Virus record (IMG/VR): IMGVR_UViG_3300032523_001141
Coordinates: 1 to 64,000 of that record
Length of the DNA stretch: 64,000 nt
Source of the DNA: a virus
Strand: one strand, 5' to 3'
Below are positions 15,270-24,481 of this stretch, one piece after another. How positions within the stretch are numbered: position 1 is the first letter of the stretch; each line of letters starts with the position of its first letter. The position numbers and the translations under genes are program-made. The notes beneath the pieces are model-generated. The model made no database searches. It saw nothing but the letters and a program-made list of their open reading frames with translations, and was not told the origin of the DNA.

Positions 15270-17195
15270 ATGACACCCAATTTGTTGCAGGATAACGCTC
15301 TGCTGCGTGAACAAAATTTTGAAATACCGGACAAGGGTATTCGCCACCTTGTTCAAGAATTGATGAGTATGGACTGCACGGACGCGCATGCTATAAACGC
15401 GCGTGCAGGCATATTATCGGAACTCGCTAATAAACGCTTTTTCCCATCCTTGGAGCCGTTGCTTCCGTTAGTGCTTAATCTAAACGGTAAGCCGTATAAC
15501 CTATCTGGACATTACCCGTTTGCCCCACTTTTCAGGCTGCTTATGCCTAAAAATTTGGTGCTAAAAACAGGTCGGCAGGTTTCTAAAAGTACCTCACTAG
15601 CTGCGCACGGTGTCGTGCTGGCCAACTGCCTGCCGTTCTTTAAAACTCTGTACATCACGCCGCTGTACGAACAGATTCGACGTTTTAGTAACAACTACGT
15701 TCGTTCGTTTATCGATCAATCACCAATCAAAAGTCAGTGGTGCGGCACTGACACTGAAAACAACGTATTGCAACGTTCGTTCAAGAACAAAAGCATTATG
15801 TTGTTCAGCTTTGCGCTTCTTGATGCAGACCGGGTCCGCGGTATAAGTACTGACCGCGTGGTTATGGACGAGATTCAAGACATGGATCCCGACCACATTC
15901 CGATCATTCAAGAAACGATGTCGTATAGTCGATACGCGATGCTTCACATGGCTGGAACCCCAAAAAGTCTGGACAACCCGTTAGAAGGTGCCTACAAACG
16001 ATCAAGCGGCGCTGAGTGGTTTATCCCATGCGAGTCATGTCGTTATTGGAACATACCGTCTATCGATCACGACCTCGATAAAATGATCGGGCCGTACAAC
16101 ATTCACATCAGTGAAAAATATCCGGGAACTGTTTGCGCAAAATGTCAAAAACCAATTAATCCGCGTTACGGCCGTTGGGTTCACCGCAAAGAAAACCAGC
16201 GCTGGCAATTTGCGGGTTATCACGTACCGCAGCTTATTTTACCGCTGCATTTTGCTGACCCTGAGAAGTGGTCTGCGTTGCTTCTAAAGCGCGAAGGCTT
16301 TGGCAACATGACGCAGGCGCAATTCTACAACGAAGTTTTAGGCGAATCTGTTGACGCAGGTCAAAAACTTATTACAGAAACCGAGCTTAAAGCCGCTTGT
16401 TTGTTAGAGTGGCCTAACAAAAAAGAACCAGAACCAGAAATTTTCAACAATATCAAAAACTACAAGCACCGCGTCATGGCTATTGACTGGGGAGGCGGTG
16501 GCGAAGAAGGTATTTCTTTTACTGTCATTACAGTTCTTGGTTTTAGATACGACGGCTCAATTGACGTTCTTTGGGGCAAGCGCCTTTTACTCGGATCAGA
16601 GCACTTAGCCGAAGCAGCAGAGTGTATGAAGTGGGCGCAAAAATTTAAGATTGATTATGTAGCCCACGACTACACAGGCGCTGGAACTGTTCGCGAAACC
16701 GTAATGGTGCAAGCAGGCTTTAAACTTGATCGCGTCATGGCTATTCGCCTTGTCCGGGCGGCTAGTCAGGACGTCATGGTGTTTAAAGAAGCTACGCCAA
16801 TTAATCATCGGCAGCATTACTCACTCGACAAGACAAGGTCGTTGCTGTACACATGTCAGGCTATTAAGCTGAAACGTGTGCGTTTCTTTAAATACGATTG
16901 GGAATCGCAAGACGACCCTGGCCTTATTGCCGATTTTTTAGCGCTTGTAGAAAACAAAACAGAATCGCGCATGGGCGGTGACATTTACACAATTACGCGC
17001 AATACGTTGCTTAGCGACGATTTTGCACAAGCCGTTAATATAGGATGTGCCGCTATTTGGCACATTAACGATGCTTGGCCTAATTTTGCCGAAATAGCCG
17101 GTGTGGGCGCTATTAGTCAGCAACAAGCGCGGGGACAAAACCCAGAAGACTGGGCAGACGACGACATGGGCGGTCGCTTTTTTGGTCAGCCCTGA
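15270..17195 (+). CDS. terL: terminase large subunit (lambda GpA-like)
   Basis: LKTGRQVSKST (Walker A), VVMDEIQD (Walker B), GTPK coupling motif, CxxC...CxxC, FYNEVLGE, nuclease AIDWG and DDFAQA; start could be 15261. Confidence 0.9.
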   Translation: MTPNLLQDNALLREQNFEIPDKGIRHLVQELMSMDCTDAHAINARAGILSELANKRFFPSLEPLLPLVLNLNGKPYNLSGHYPFAPLFRLLMPKNLVLKTGRQVSKSTSLAAHGVVLANCLPFFKTLYITPLYEQIRRFSNNYVRSFIDQSPIKSQWCGTDTENNVLQRSFKNKSIMLFSFALLDADRVRGISTDRVVMDEIQDMDPDHIPIIQETMSYSRYAMLHMAGTPKSLDNPLEGAYKRSSGAEWFIPCESCRYWNIPSIDHDLDKMIGPYNIHISEKYPGTVCAKCQKPINPRYGRWVHRKENQRWQFAGYHVPQLILPLHFADPEKWSALLLKREGFGNMTQAQFYNEVLGESVDAGQKLITETELKAACLLEWPNKKEPEPEIFNNIKNYKHRVMAIDWGGGGEEGISFTVITVLGFRYDGSIDVLWGKRLLLGSEHLAEAAECMKWAQKFKIDYVAHDYTGAGTVRETVMVQAGFKLDRVMAIRLVRAASQDVMVFKEATPINHRQHYSLDKTRSLLYTCQAIKLKRVRFFKYDWESQDDPGLIADFLALVENKTESRMGGDIYTITRNTLLSDDFAQAVNIGCAAIWHINDAWPNFAEIAGVGAISQQQARGQNPEDWADDDMGGRFFGQP

Positions 17196-17461
17196 TTTTC
17201 TGCGGGTATCCGCTCAACGATGTCTGGCGGGCAGATGCAAGATAGCGATCGACCATTGTCCCATTTAACCAGCAATTGAGTTTGATTTTTTTCGCCGTGA
17301 AAATGTAGCAGCACAACTTTTAGTATTGTGCCCATGGTCCCAACGGGGACAGGATCAGGGTCATTTGGCATATGCACCAACTTGATCCTGTCTCCATTTT
17401 TTAAATCAAGAAGCACTTTCTGATTCCTCAGTTTCTTTTTGACCAGACTGCACCTGTTCAA
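17186..17461 (-). CDS. DUF4314-like protein
   Basis: GDRIKLVHMPNDPDPVPVGTMGT...VKWDNGRSL; start uncertain. Confidence 0.8.
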   Translation of the reverse strand: MNRCSLVKKKLRNQKVLLDLKNGDRIKLVHMPNDPDPVPVGTMGTILKVVLLHFHGEKNQTQLLVKWDNGRSLSCICPPDIVERIPAENQG

Positions 17462-17759
17462 GAGCAGCTTGCCCGGCAGGAGAAAGTTCGGCCTCCATTA
17501 CGCCATCGTCGGCGGCATTAGCAATTAAAAAACCACGCATGAACAATTGCAGCATTTCAAAATTTTGGCACATCATGCGTGCCCAATCGCTAATTGCTTG
17601 CATGTTCTCTTTCGTCGGCTCCCGCCCGTTTGCGGCATTAGCGCCAACTACAATTGAAACAAGCATTTGCCCAAAGGCGTCAAGCGCTGGCATTTTTCGC
17701 AGCCAGTCAAGAATCTCGCGGCCTAGTTCTGTATCGTCTTTGGTCTGGTCCATGTTCAC
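17406..17759 (-). CDS. hypothetical protein
   Basis: GTGA coupling and GGAG RBS. Confidence 0.65.
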   Translation of the reverse strand: MNMDQTKDDTELGREILDWLRKMPALDAFGQMLVSIVVGANAANGREPTKENMQAISDWARMMCQNFEMLQLFMRGFLIANAADDGVMEAELSPAGQAALEQVQSGQKETEESESAS

Positions 17760-18088
17760 TCCGTAGCGGCGGTCAGCCGAGATTCCGCAATTGCCGCGTC
17801 GTACTTGCCACGAGCAAGAATGCGGCGAACGGCTGCTTCGCGCAGCTTACCTAAATAATCAGCGTAATTTACGTCTGTGTTTACAACTGCTTCCGCGCTG
17901 CTGTACGAGTGCGGCTTGCTGGTCATTAGGTTGTCGCCGGCTCTCATAATTCGCTGAATGGCGGCTATTTTAACTATTGCGCGCTCATCTTCAAGCCGCA
18001 TTTCTGCTTCCACAGTTTTTGCATAATTTTCAGCGCAATCAGTAATGTTGTTGACGAGTTTCTGCACAAAAAGTTCTGCAACTGGCAT
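17756..18088 (-). CDS. hypothetical protein
   Basis: AGGA RBS before ATG 18088 (MPVAELF); helical. Confidence 0.7.
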   Translation of the reverse strand: MPVAELFVQKLVNNITDCAENYAKTVEAEMRLEDERAIVKIAAIQRIMRAGDNLMTSKPHSYSSAEAVVNTDVNYADYLGKLREAAVRRILARGKYDAAIAESRLTAATE

Positions 18089-18095
18089 GTTAGTC

Positions 18096-18368
18096 CTATG
18101 ATAGGCGGTGATCGATAAAGCGGATTCTGTTAATATGAGCGCCCTTTTCGCGATAACCAAGTTTTACAAACACAACCTTAATACGGCGATTCGTCTCATC
18201 ATTCGGATCGCCGACAACCAATTCAAATGTCATGTTCGGCTTATTTAATTTAAAAGCGCTTTGGTTCATGGGTACGCCCCACACATCATTATCTTTTAAA
18301 CCTTGCAACCAGCTCTCCTGCCAAGCAATATCAGCCGGAGTTGGCTCCCACGTTGTCGGCGGTATCAT
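18096..18368 (-). CDS. hypothetical protein
   Basis: Probable start MIPPTTWEPT at 18368; the longer upstream extension overlaps the next gene. Confidence 0.55.
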   Translation of the reverse strand: MIPPTTWEPTPADIAWQESWLQGLKDNDVWGVPMNQSAFKLNKPNMTFELVVGDPNDETNRRIKVVFVKLGYREKGAHINRIRFIDHRLS

Positions 18369-18606
18369 AAAACGCTTCGCGCTCGTCGCGCTTAGCTTGT
18401 AGCTCCTTTCTGGTAAGAATTCGTTTGGGATATTTTTCGGGATGACACAGCTGGCAGCTTGAGCCGCCGCAGCCAGCGACGCGCAACGATTTTCTAAATC
18501 GACCAGTATCGGGCAAGTTGTCGTCGGTATAGAAAAATAGTTCAAGTTGCCGGCGTATTTTTGCTCGGCGCTTTAAAATGTGTGTTTCTGAGTGGTAGCG
18601 TTTCAT
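18331..18606 (-). CDS. small basic protein with C-x4-C-x2-C-H motif
   Basis: RFRKSLRVAGCGGSSCQLCHPEK. Confidence 0.6.
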   Translation of the reverse strand: MKRYHSETHILKRRAKIRRQLELFFYTDDNLPDTGRFRKSLRVAGCGGSSCQLCHPEKYPKRILTRKELQAKRDEREAFYDTADNVGANSG

Positions 18607-18608
18607 AG

Positions 18609-19052
18609 TTATGAGTCACAGTAGATGACGATCTTACAACCACAACGTCGTGCAAGCTTAATAACCGAGCTGGCGTATACAGATACAGGTAGCTCCCTAT
18701 TTATAAATCCGCCGGTGATTAACGCCTGCAGCCCTAACTGGGCATATCCGCGATTTCTAAGCTCAGGGTCGGTGAAACACTCGACTGTCTGCGCCATTAT
18801 TTTTTCGCCTTTGAATCGCTCTGGCCACAATCGCGTACCGACCCACGCTACTAAAAGGCTATTGTGTCGCACAATGGCAATGGCCATTTCCGGGTGCGGA
18901 CCGGGTGTCGGGTGCAGATAGCGCTTTTCTAGCTCTTTTTGAATAGAGCTGTCGCTACCAGAGTCAGGCCAAGATAGGCGCGTGTAGAGCGCTGTCACGT
19001 CGGTAACCGCGAGTTTGTTGATATCGCGAATACGAATTTCGAATTCGTTCAT
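18609..19052 (-). CDS. GNAT-family acetyltransferase-like protein
   Basis: CFTDPELRNRGYAQ acetyl-CoA-binding motif A; GGAG RBS before MNEF. Confidence 0.7.
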   Translation of the reverse strand: MNEFEIRIRDINKLAVTDVTALYTRLSWPDSGSDSSIQKELEKRYLHPTPGPHPEMAIAIVRHNSLLVAWVGTRLWPERFKGEKIMAQTVECFTDPELRNRGYAQLGLQALITGGFINRELPVSVYASSVIKLARRCGCKIVIYCDS

Positions 19053-19088
19053 GGTGGGCACTCCGTTGCCTACCACTGATTATACGAA

Positions 19089-19161
19089 AGCCGGCGGTCG
19101 GACTCGAACCGACGACCTGCTGATTACAAATCAGCAACTCTACCAACTGAGCTACACCGGC
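19089..19161 (-). tRNA. trnT: tRNA-Thr(TGT), CCA not encoded
   Basis: GCCGGTGTAGCTCAGTTGGTAGAG-TTGCTGA-TTTGTAA-TCAGCAG-GTCGTCGGTTCGAGTCCGAC-CGCCGGCT; full cloverleaf with anticodon TGT. Confidence 0.96.
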
Positions 19162-19165
19162 AGTT

Positions 19166-19477
19166 TTAATTTACGTCGTCTACGTCGTCTTCAAACTCTT
19201 CTTCGTAGATCTCGTCTTCGTCGTCGTCTTCGTCGTCGTCTTCGTCGGCGTCTGACCACTCAAGGTCATCGGCGTCATCGAGATCGTCGTCGGCATCTTC
19301 GTCGGCGTACCAGTCTACATTTACGCGCGGCGGACTAAAGTCAGAGTCGTCGTCATCGCTTTCTTCGGCGTCGTCTACAAACTGCCAATCTTCGTCAATA
19401 AAATCGTCGTCGTAGCTCTTGTCGCGTTGGGAGCTGACAGGTAAATTAACGGAAGGATCAAACCAGTTTGCAGACAT
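19166..19477 (-). CDS. extremely acidic protein
   Basis: AGGAG RBS; roughly half the residues are Asp/Glu. Confidence 0.75.
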   Translation of the reverse strand: MSANWFDPSVNLPVSSQRDKSYDDDFIDEDWQFVDDAEESDDDDSDFSPPRVNVDWYADEDADDDLDDADDLEWSDADEDDDEDDDEDEIYEEEFEDDVDDVN

Positions 19478-19487
19478 TTAAAACTCC

Positions 19488-22118
19488 TTAGCCGGCATTT
19501 TTTTCTTCTGTAGTTTTGTAGTCGCTCCAGAACATATCGCACCACTCGCGTTTAATTAAAAAACCCGGCGATTTGTGGACAGTTTCCTCTCCGCAAAATA
19601 CGCCTTGTTTTGTAAAACAGTGTAGCAAAGCTATCCAATTTGGAACAATGCCGGTTTTAATTAAATACGTATCAATTGCTTTGCGGCTTAACCACCAGTG
19701 ATCTTTCCCGCGAACAACGTAATTTTGCGACTGCGTTTTAAAGCGGGGCCGCGGCAAAATGTCTATTTTTCCAGTGCAGATAGCTTTGTTTAGCTCTAAC
19801 ATGAGCGCTTCATGCGCTGTGTCTGGCTGCATTATAATTTGCTCTGCAGCGCTAAGATTAAATGTCGTACCGTATGTTTCGTCTAGCCATTTGTGCGCAT
19901 CTCTAAGCACCGCGGGTAAAAGTTTTGCGCCGATAGCTCCGAAGCCCATACGTTGCCGCAAGACTCTTTGAATGTACGCCGGCACGATAAAGCGCAATGG
20001 CGTGAGATCTGCCGTAAAGCTAGGACAAGCTAACGGGGCTATTCCAGTCCAGCCATAAGTTAACGCGGCGGGCATGCCAGCAGCCGTAACTTTGAGCAGC
20101 ACAGGGCAATTGGGGTATTTGATTATGCTGCTAGAGATATAGGTGTCGGTTTCATGCGGCGAATAAATTAGGCTTGGACCTGCCGCGCTTTTTATTGCTG
20201 TTCCGATAGACGTGCGGCTAGCTTGATATATGGCGCCAATCTCGCTGATAGTGCAGTTAAGCGCTTTGCCGCAGTTAATCGCGCTGGTGTATGCGTCTGA
20301 TCGTATGGCGACGCTGGTGGGCGTAATATTTAGTATGGGAGCAATCATGTCAGTCAACACGGCTGCTGTGACCGCCCAAACAAATGCGTTCTCGTGCGAC
20401 GGCGTTAGTAGGTTGTGGATAGAAAGCGGCGCGGCGATGCTCGGCTCTGGGAAATCAAATTGCCGGTTGGTTTGCAGTTGCGAGCACACGGCTGGCGTAA
20501 TGGCGCCATCGTTGGTCAGCGAATAAGCCGCAAAATGGAACTCGCGTGTGTTATCGTCCCAGCCCGGTGTGTTCGAAACCGTGACTACCGGCGGCGGGTG
20601 AAGGCGCAGCGCAATCTCGGTTGCGCGACAGTCCCAGCGCGGTGCGGTAATTACTAACTCGCCGCGTGAAGCAAACAATTGCCCGGCGTACGCTAACAAT
20701 CCTACTCGTTCTATACGCGAGGCTGGGGAGAAAAACTCTACGATTTGGTCGGTCTTTTTTACGTAACCTTCGTAATACTTGTCACCTTTTTCGGTATAGA
20801 TAACGCGAGTAATTACTGGAACACAGTTTGTTACGCACAGGCCGCTTGCCGTAAACCAGCCGCCGTCGCGCTCGATCACCTCAAAGTTTAAATTTTTGTT
20901 TGGGGCAATTCCGTGATGCGGCTGTACTTGTTCAATAATTTTTATTACAGCTAATTCTGGCAAAGCTGTTTTATCTTTTAAGAATTGTTGTAATTTTTCT
21001 CGGGGAACATGCAACTTAGACGCAAACGCCACGGCCTCGGTTTGATTTAAGCTGTTCACATGCTGCTCAAGCGTCGTCTGCCACGTTGACGCTGATCTGT
21101 ATATTTGGCTGAGCTGGCGCATTGTTTGTACCGGCATGGTTGGCTGCGGCTCTGACACGACATCGGTAACGCAGACGTAGCCTCTTGAGTTGGCTGCTTG
21201 AGAAATGAGCTCTGGCGTGATGCTGCTGCCAGCAAACATTTTTTTAGTTTGCGGGAAATTGTGCAGTGTAGTCGCGTGGCTTATAGCCTCGTGCCCGACG
21301 TAACTGGCGCATACTGGCAACCGGGTAGTGTCGTGCCGTAATTGCGTGGTGTGCGTTTTTAAAGCCCAGCGCGGGTCGTCAGATATAAATAGCGCCTCGT
21401 TAAGCGGCAAGCCGGTCGGTAGGAGCGCGTTCTGTAGCAGAAAATAGCCTGAATCTACGCGGCGCAGTCGCGTTGCCATATTCGGCACATACGCCGTTTT
21501 GGTTTCTGTTTCTGTTCCGTGCTGCATAAACAGAAAACCAGTATGGTGATTAGGCAGATCATAATATGGAAATACAACAATTGGGTGCCGGGGCCGCATG
21601 TGGCGCGGAAAAGACCGACCAATGCTGGCGCAGAACTCAACGCCGCGGGTACCCGTAACAGTGCCAATTAGGCCAAGGCAGGGTATTTCCCGCGATATGC
21701 CGTATTCACGGTATTTTTGCAGAATGATATCATTTGCATTAACCCACAGGCTTTCGGCTGCTTCTGTCCAGAACTCATGCGCTGCCCTTTGCCGGTCGTT
21801 TAGGCGCAAAATATCGGACACGTCTTCGCTATTTGCCCGACCAGCAACCAGGCCGCTGTCAACTAGCCGGTCGATCGCGGCTGTTATGTCTATCTTCCAG
21901 ATTTGCGCCGCGAATGTTATGATATTTCCGTGGGCCGAGCAGGTATTGCAGTTTAACCAAATATCTTCCCGGACCGTATTATCAAAAGCGTAAAGTGTCG
22001 TCTCCCCACAGAACGGACAGCCGAGCACGGTAGGAAAAGACGAGTTTTCCACCGAAAGGCCAATAAAGGCTAGCGCGTTAGTGTGGTTGTGGCGGCGGAT
22101 TATGGAGCTAATTAGCAT
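19488..22118 (-). CDS. primase-like protein (N-terminal Zn finger, degenerate DnaG-like core, long C-terminal domain)
   Basis: CPFC...CNTC...GNIITFAAQIWKIDITAAI (CHC2-like); IVVFPYYD..HTGF; later TPGWDD (DUF927-like). Start uncertain. Confidence 0.55.
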   Translation of the reverse strand: MLISSIIRRHNHTNALAFIGLSVENSSFPTVLGCPFCGETTLYAFDNTVREDIWLNCNTCSAHGNIITFAAQIWKIDITAAIDRLVDSGLVAGRANSEDVSDILRLNDRQRAAHEFWTEAAESLWVNANDIILQKYREYGISREIPCLGLIGTVTGTRGVEFCASIGRSFPRHMRPRHPIVVFPYYDLPNHHTGFLFMQHGTETETKTAYVPNMATRLRRVDSGYFLLQNALLPTGLPLNEALFISDDPRWALKTHTTQLRHDTTRLPVCASYVGHEAISHATTLHNFPQTKKMFAGSSITPELISQAANSRGYVCVTDVVSEPQPTMPVQTMRQLSQIYRSASTWQTTLEQHVNSLNQTEAVAFASKLHVPREKLQQFLKDKTALPELAVIKIIEQVQPHHGIAPNKNLNFEVIERDGGWFTASGLCVTNCVPVITRVIYTEKGDKYYEGYVKKTDQIVEFFSPASRIERVGLLAYAGQLFASRGELVITAPRWDCRATEIALRLHPPPVVTVSNTPGWDDNTREFHFAAYSLTNDGAITPAVCSQLQTNRQFDFPEPSIAAPLSIHNLLTPSHENAFVWAVTAAVLTDMIAPILNITPTSVAIRSDAYTSAINCGKALNCTISEIGAIYQASRTSIGTAIKSAAGPSLIYSPHETDTYISSSIIKYPNCPVLLKVTAAGMPAALTYGWTGIAPLACPSFTADLTPLRFIVPAYIQRVLRQRMGFGAIGAKLLPAVLRDAHKWLDETYGTTFNLSAAEQIIMQPDTAHEALMLELNKAICTGKIDILPRPRFKTQSQNYVVRGKDHWWLSRKAIDTYLIKTGIVPNWIALLHCFTKQGVFCGEETVHKSPGFLIKREWCDMFWSDYKTTEEKNAG

Positions 22119-23298
22119 GAATATGTTAGACCACACGCAAGACATCAGCGGTCGTGAAACCCATCGTCTTCTGTCGCTCTACCCCGCGCCCGACTTTGTT
22201 AAAAACGCCAATCACGAGCGCCTGCATGGCGACCGTGAAAAACTGGCCCGGCATCTTTACGCCGAGCCCTTTAAGCAAATTTACCCGTGTCACACCGCTG
22301 CTGCAACATGGATGTCGTCTTTATGGTTTGCTGAGAAGCGGGCCGAGTTCGACGATAAGACAGCCGCAGCGGTCGCGGAGCGCCTGGACGCGTCTGCCAA
22401 GTACTTCGGTATTAGTGGGCTAGTTGCGGCCGTAACCGAGAAAGTAGCAGCTGACGCGGGCAACGAACTAACCAAGCTATCGAACGAGAATTTTGCCATT
22501 GTTTGGCGGGACGAGATTGGCGGGGTGGAACGGCACTGGCCCATGCGCAACGCGACCGAGGTCAAGTACGCCGCGGCCCACTTTAAGAAATACCGCGACG
22601 AGTTTGTCTTTGCTGACCGGCATAAAATTGCCAATAATATCTTAGACAAAGCGCTAGAATACGGCGCCGACGTTAGCCCGGCTGAAGGGACTCTTGAGAC
22701 GACGGCTGGTCGCGGGCTGTGCGCGACAAAAGTCGCCGCGCAGCTTCTACGCGGACGGGCCCAGTTGACGCGGCGGACGTACGCCAACCTTAGCGCAGAG
22801 ATGGAAAAACTGGCTACGCTTATTGAAGCCAATCCCGGTGAAACGCAAAACGAGGAATGCCGCTTAAAGTTAGCTTCCGTAGTTGACCAGTTTGACCGCG
22901 AGACGAAGCTCTATCGGCTTTACGACGACAAGGGCTTAGATCGCCCCGAAGACGTGCTGTTTGCGATCACTGAAAAGGTAGCCCGCGACTTCACGAGCGA
23001 AAACGTTGAGACAACTACCGGCAACGTATACGCGCTTGCCGATCTTGAGAAGCTGGCTGTCGAAGACATCCGGTCGTGGATGGGTGAAGATTTTGCTTCC
23101 GCTATTTCTGCGGGCGGCGTATTCACAGACCGTGACAAGCTTGCGGCTATTGTCCCCACCCTCGACCGCGGCATGGCTGCTATGCTGGATCGCCTAATGC
23201 AGGAAAAGAAGGCGTCTCCGGTAGCCACCAACGCCGCGGCCGAGTCCTTAATGCCGTTGGATCGGCTTTATGACTTAGCCGCCGAGTCCAACACTTGA
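22117..23298 (+). CDS. conserved hypothetical protein with duplicated motif
   Basis: Long plus-strand ORF with good codon pattern; start 22102, 22117 or 22123. Confidence 0.75.
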   Translation: MNMLDHTQDISGRETHRLLSLYPAPDFVKNANHERLHGDREKLARHLYAEPFKQIYPCHTAAATWMSSLWFAEKRAEFDDKTAAAVAERLDASAKYFGISGLVAAVTEKVAADAGNELTKLSNENFAIVWRDEIGGVERHWPMRNATEVKYAAAHFKKYRDEFVFADRHKIANNILDKALEYGADVSPAEGTLETTAGRGLCATKVAAQLLRGRAQLTRRTYANLSAEMEKLATLIEANPGETQNEECRLKLASVVDQFDRETKLYRLYDDKGLDRPEDVLFAITEKVARDFTSENVETTTGNVYALADLEKLAVEDIRSWMGEDFASAISAGGVFTDRDKLAAIVPTLDRGMAAMLDRLMQEKKASPVATNAAAESLMPLDRLYDLAAESNT

Positions 23299-23504
23299 GC
23301 GCACGTTTCAATTACGCTTTTTAGCTGCTTAATCTGCTCTCGCAGCGCAGTTGCAGTTGCTGCCTTATCCTCAAGATCATCAGCTCGGGTTTGTGCGATA
23401 GCCTTCTCGTACGAAACACCGAGGCGCAATCTATCGTTTTCTTCCTGAAGCTTTTTAATTCGAGTGCGATAGCCTTCGCTAAAAAAGTTACTCAGTAAAC
23501 CCAT
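23268..23504 (-). CDS. small coiled-coil protein
   Basis: AGGAG RBS; heptad pattern. Confidence 0.6.
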   Translation of the reverse strand: MGLLSNFFSEGYRTRIKKLQEENDRLRLGVSYEKAIAQTRADDLEDKAATATALREQIKQLKSVIETCAQVLDSAAKS

Positions 23505-23568
23505 CTGTGTGTTTTCTCCTAGGTGTTTTTTTAGTAAACTGCCAAAAACAATTTTAAAGCCAGCCGTT

Positions 23569-23790
23569 TTAAGTTGCCGGCTTTGACATCTTCATAGTCG
23601 GCGACAGAGCTGCGCGTTGCGCGCTGATGTCAAATTTAAATTTGTTGATTAGCTCTGTGCGCAGTATTGGCACGTCCCGTGCCGTCTCCATGCCGATCTT
23701 TACCGCGCCGTTTTTTAGCTCTACTACAGTTATCTTGACGTTATTGCCAATTTGAATCGACTCGTTTAACCGCCGCGACAAGACTAACAC
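23569..23790 (-). CDS. csrA: carbon storage regulator CsrA-like translational regulator
   Basis: MLVLSRRLNESIQIGNNVKITVV...VKIG...DVPILRTEL. Confidence 0.92.
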   Translation of the reverse strand: MLVLSRRLNESIQIGNNVKITVVELKNGAVKIGMETARDVPILRTELINKFKFDISAQRAALSPTMKMSKPAT

Positions 23791-23800
23791 GTTTAATTCC

Positions 23801-24481
23801 TTATTGTTTTAAAGATGCTGCAAGTGTTTTGGTGACATGTTCAGTTGTGCCGTTTACAAGCTGAACAGCTTGCAACTGCGCTATTAGCATTATCGCTTTT
23901 TGCTGCACTATTTTATTGATCTCCTCTGTCTTGCCGGCCTCTACGTCATAAATTGCAGCAAACATTTCTGGGTCGTCGGCAAACTGATTGGCGGCGTCAG
24001 AGACGTTGGCCCGACGCAGCGCTATACGTAATACATCTGGTGCGTTGATGATCCCTTCTTGATCCAGTACGGCGCCGATATATGCTCGGATCTCTTCGTT
24101 GAACGGCTCCGCATTGTCGTCGTCTGGCGGACAGATTAGCAGCCCCTCGGTCAAACCCCACGCGATTTCTGCGCTATCGGCCGGGTCAAACATGTCTGGC
24201 CGATAAGTGTCGCCGCTCAACACGTTGCACGCTATGATGAAGTCTGGCAGGCTTTGGTAGAACGTATCCGACGTCAGGATGTTGATCGCCATCATCAGTT
24301 TGTCGAATACCGCTTGCGTCAGGTCTACATCAAACTCCTCTTCGATCTCGAGCGTAATGGTTGCAGGATCCCACTGCAACCCCTCGACGCCAAACCGGTC
24401 AAGAAACACTGTCAGCAGGACAATCCCGAACGTCTGCGGGCTTTTCCACATCTCTTTCAGAATTTTGGCGTCTATCGGCAT
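23801..24481 (-). CDS. hypothetical protein
   Basis: 226 aa; GAGG RBS; acidic and helical. Confidence 0.75.
   Translation of the reverse strand: MPIDAKILKEMWKSPQTFGIVLLTVFLDRFGVEGLQWDPATITLEIEEEFDVDLTQAVFDKLMMAINILTSDTFYQSLPDFIIACNVLSGDTYRPDMFDPADSAEIAWGLTEGLLICPPDDDNAEPFNEEIRAYIGAVLDQEGIINAPDVLRIALRRANVSDAANQFADDPEMFAAIYDVEAGKTEEINKIVQQKAIMLIAQLQAVQLVNGTTEHVTKTLAASLKQ

Noticed and set aside
18964-19146. 60-aa ORF MVELLICNQQVVGSSP
   Set aside because: It is the translation of the tRNA-Thr gene
19089-19161. tRNA as a prophage attachment site
   Set aside because: No integrase and no duplicated tRNA 3' end noticed; phage-like genes lie on both sides
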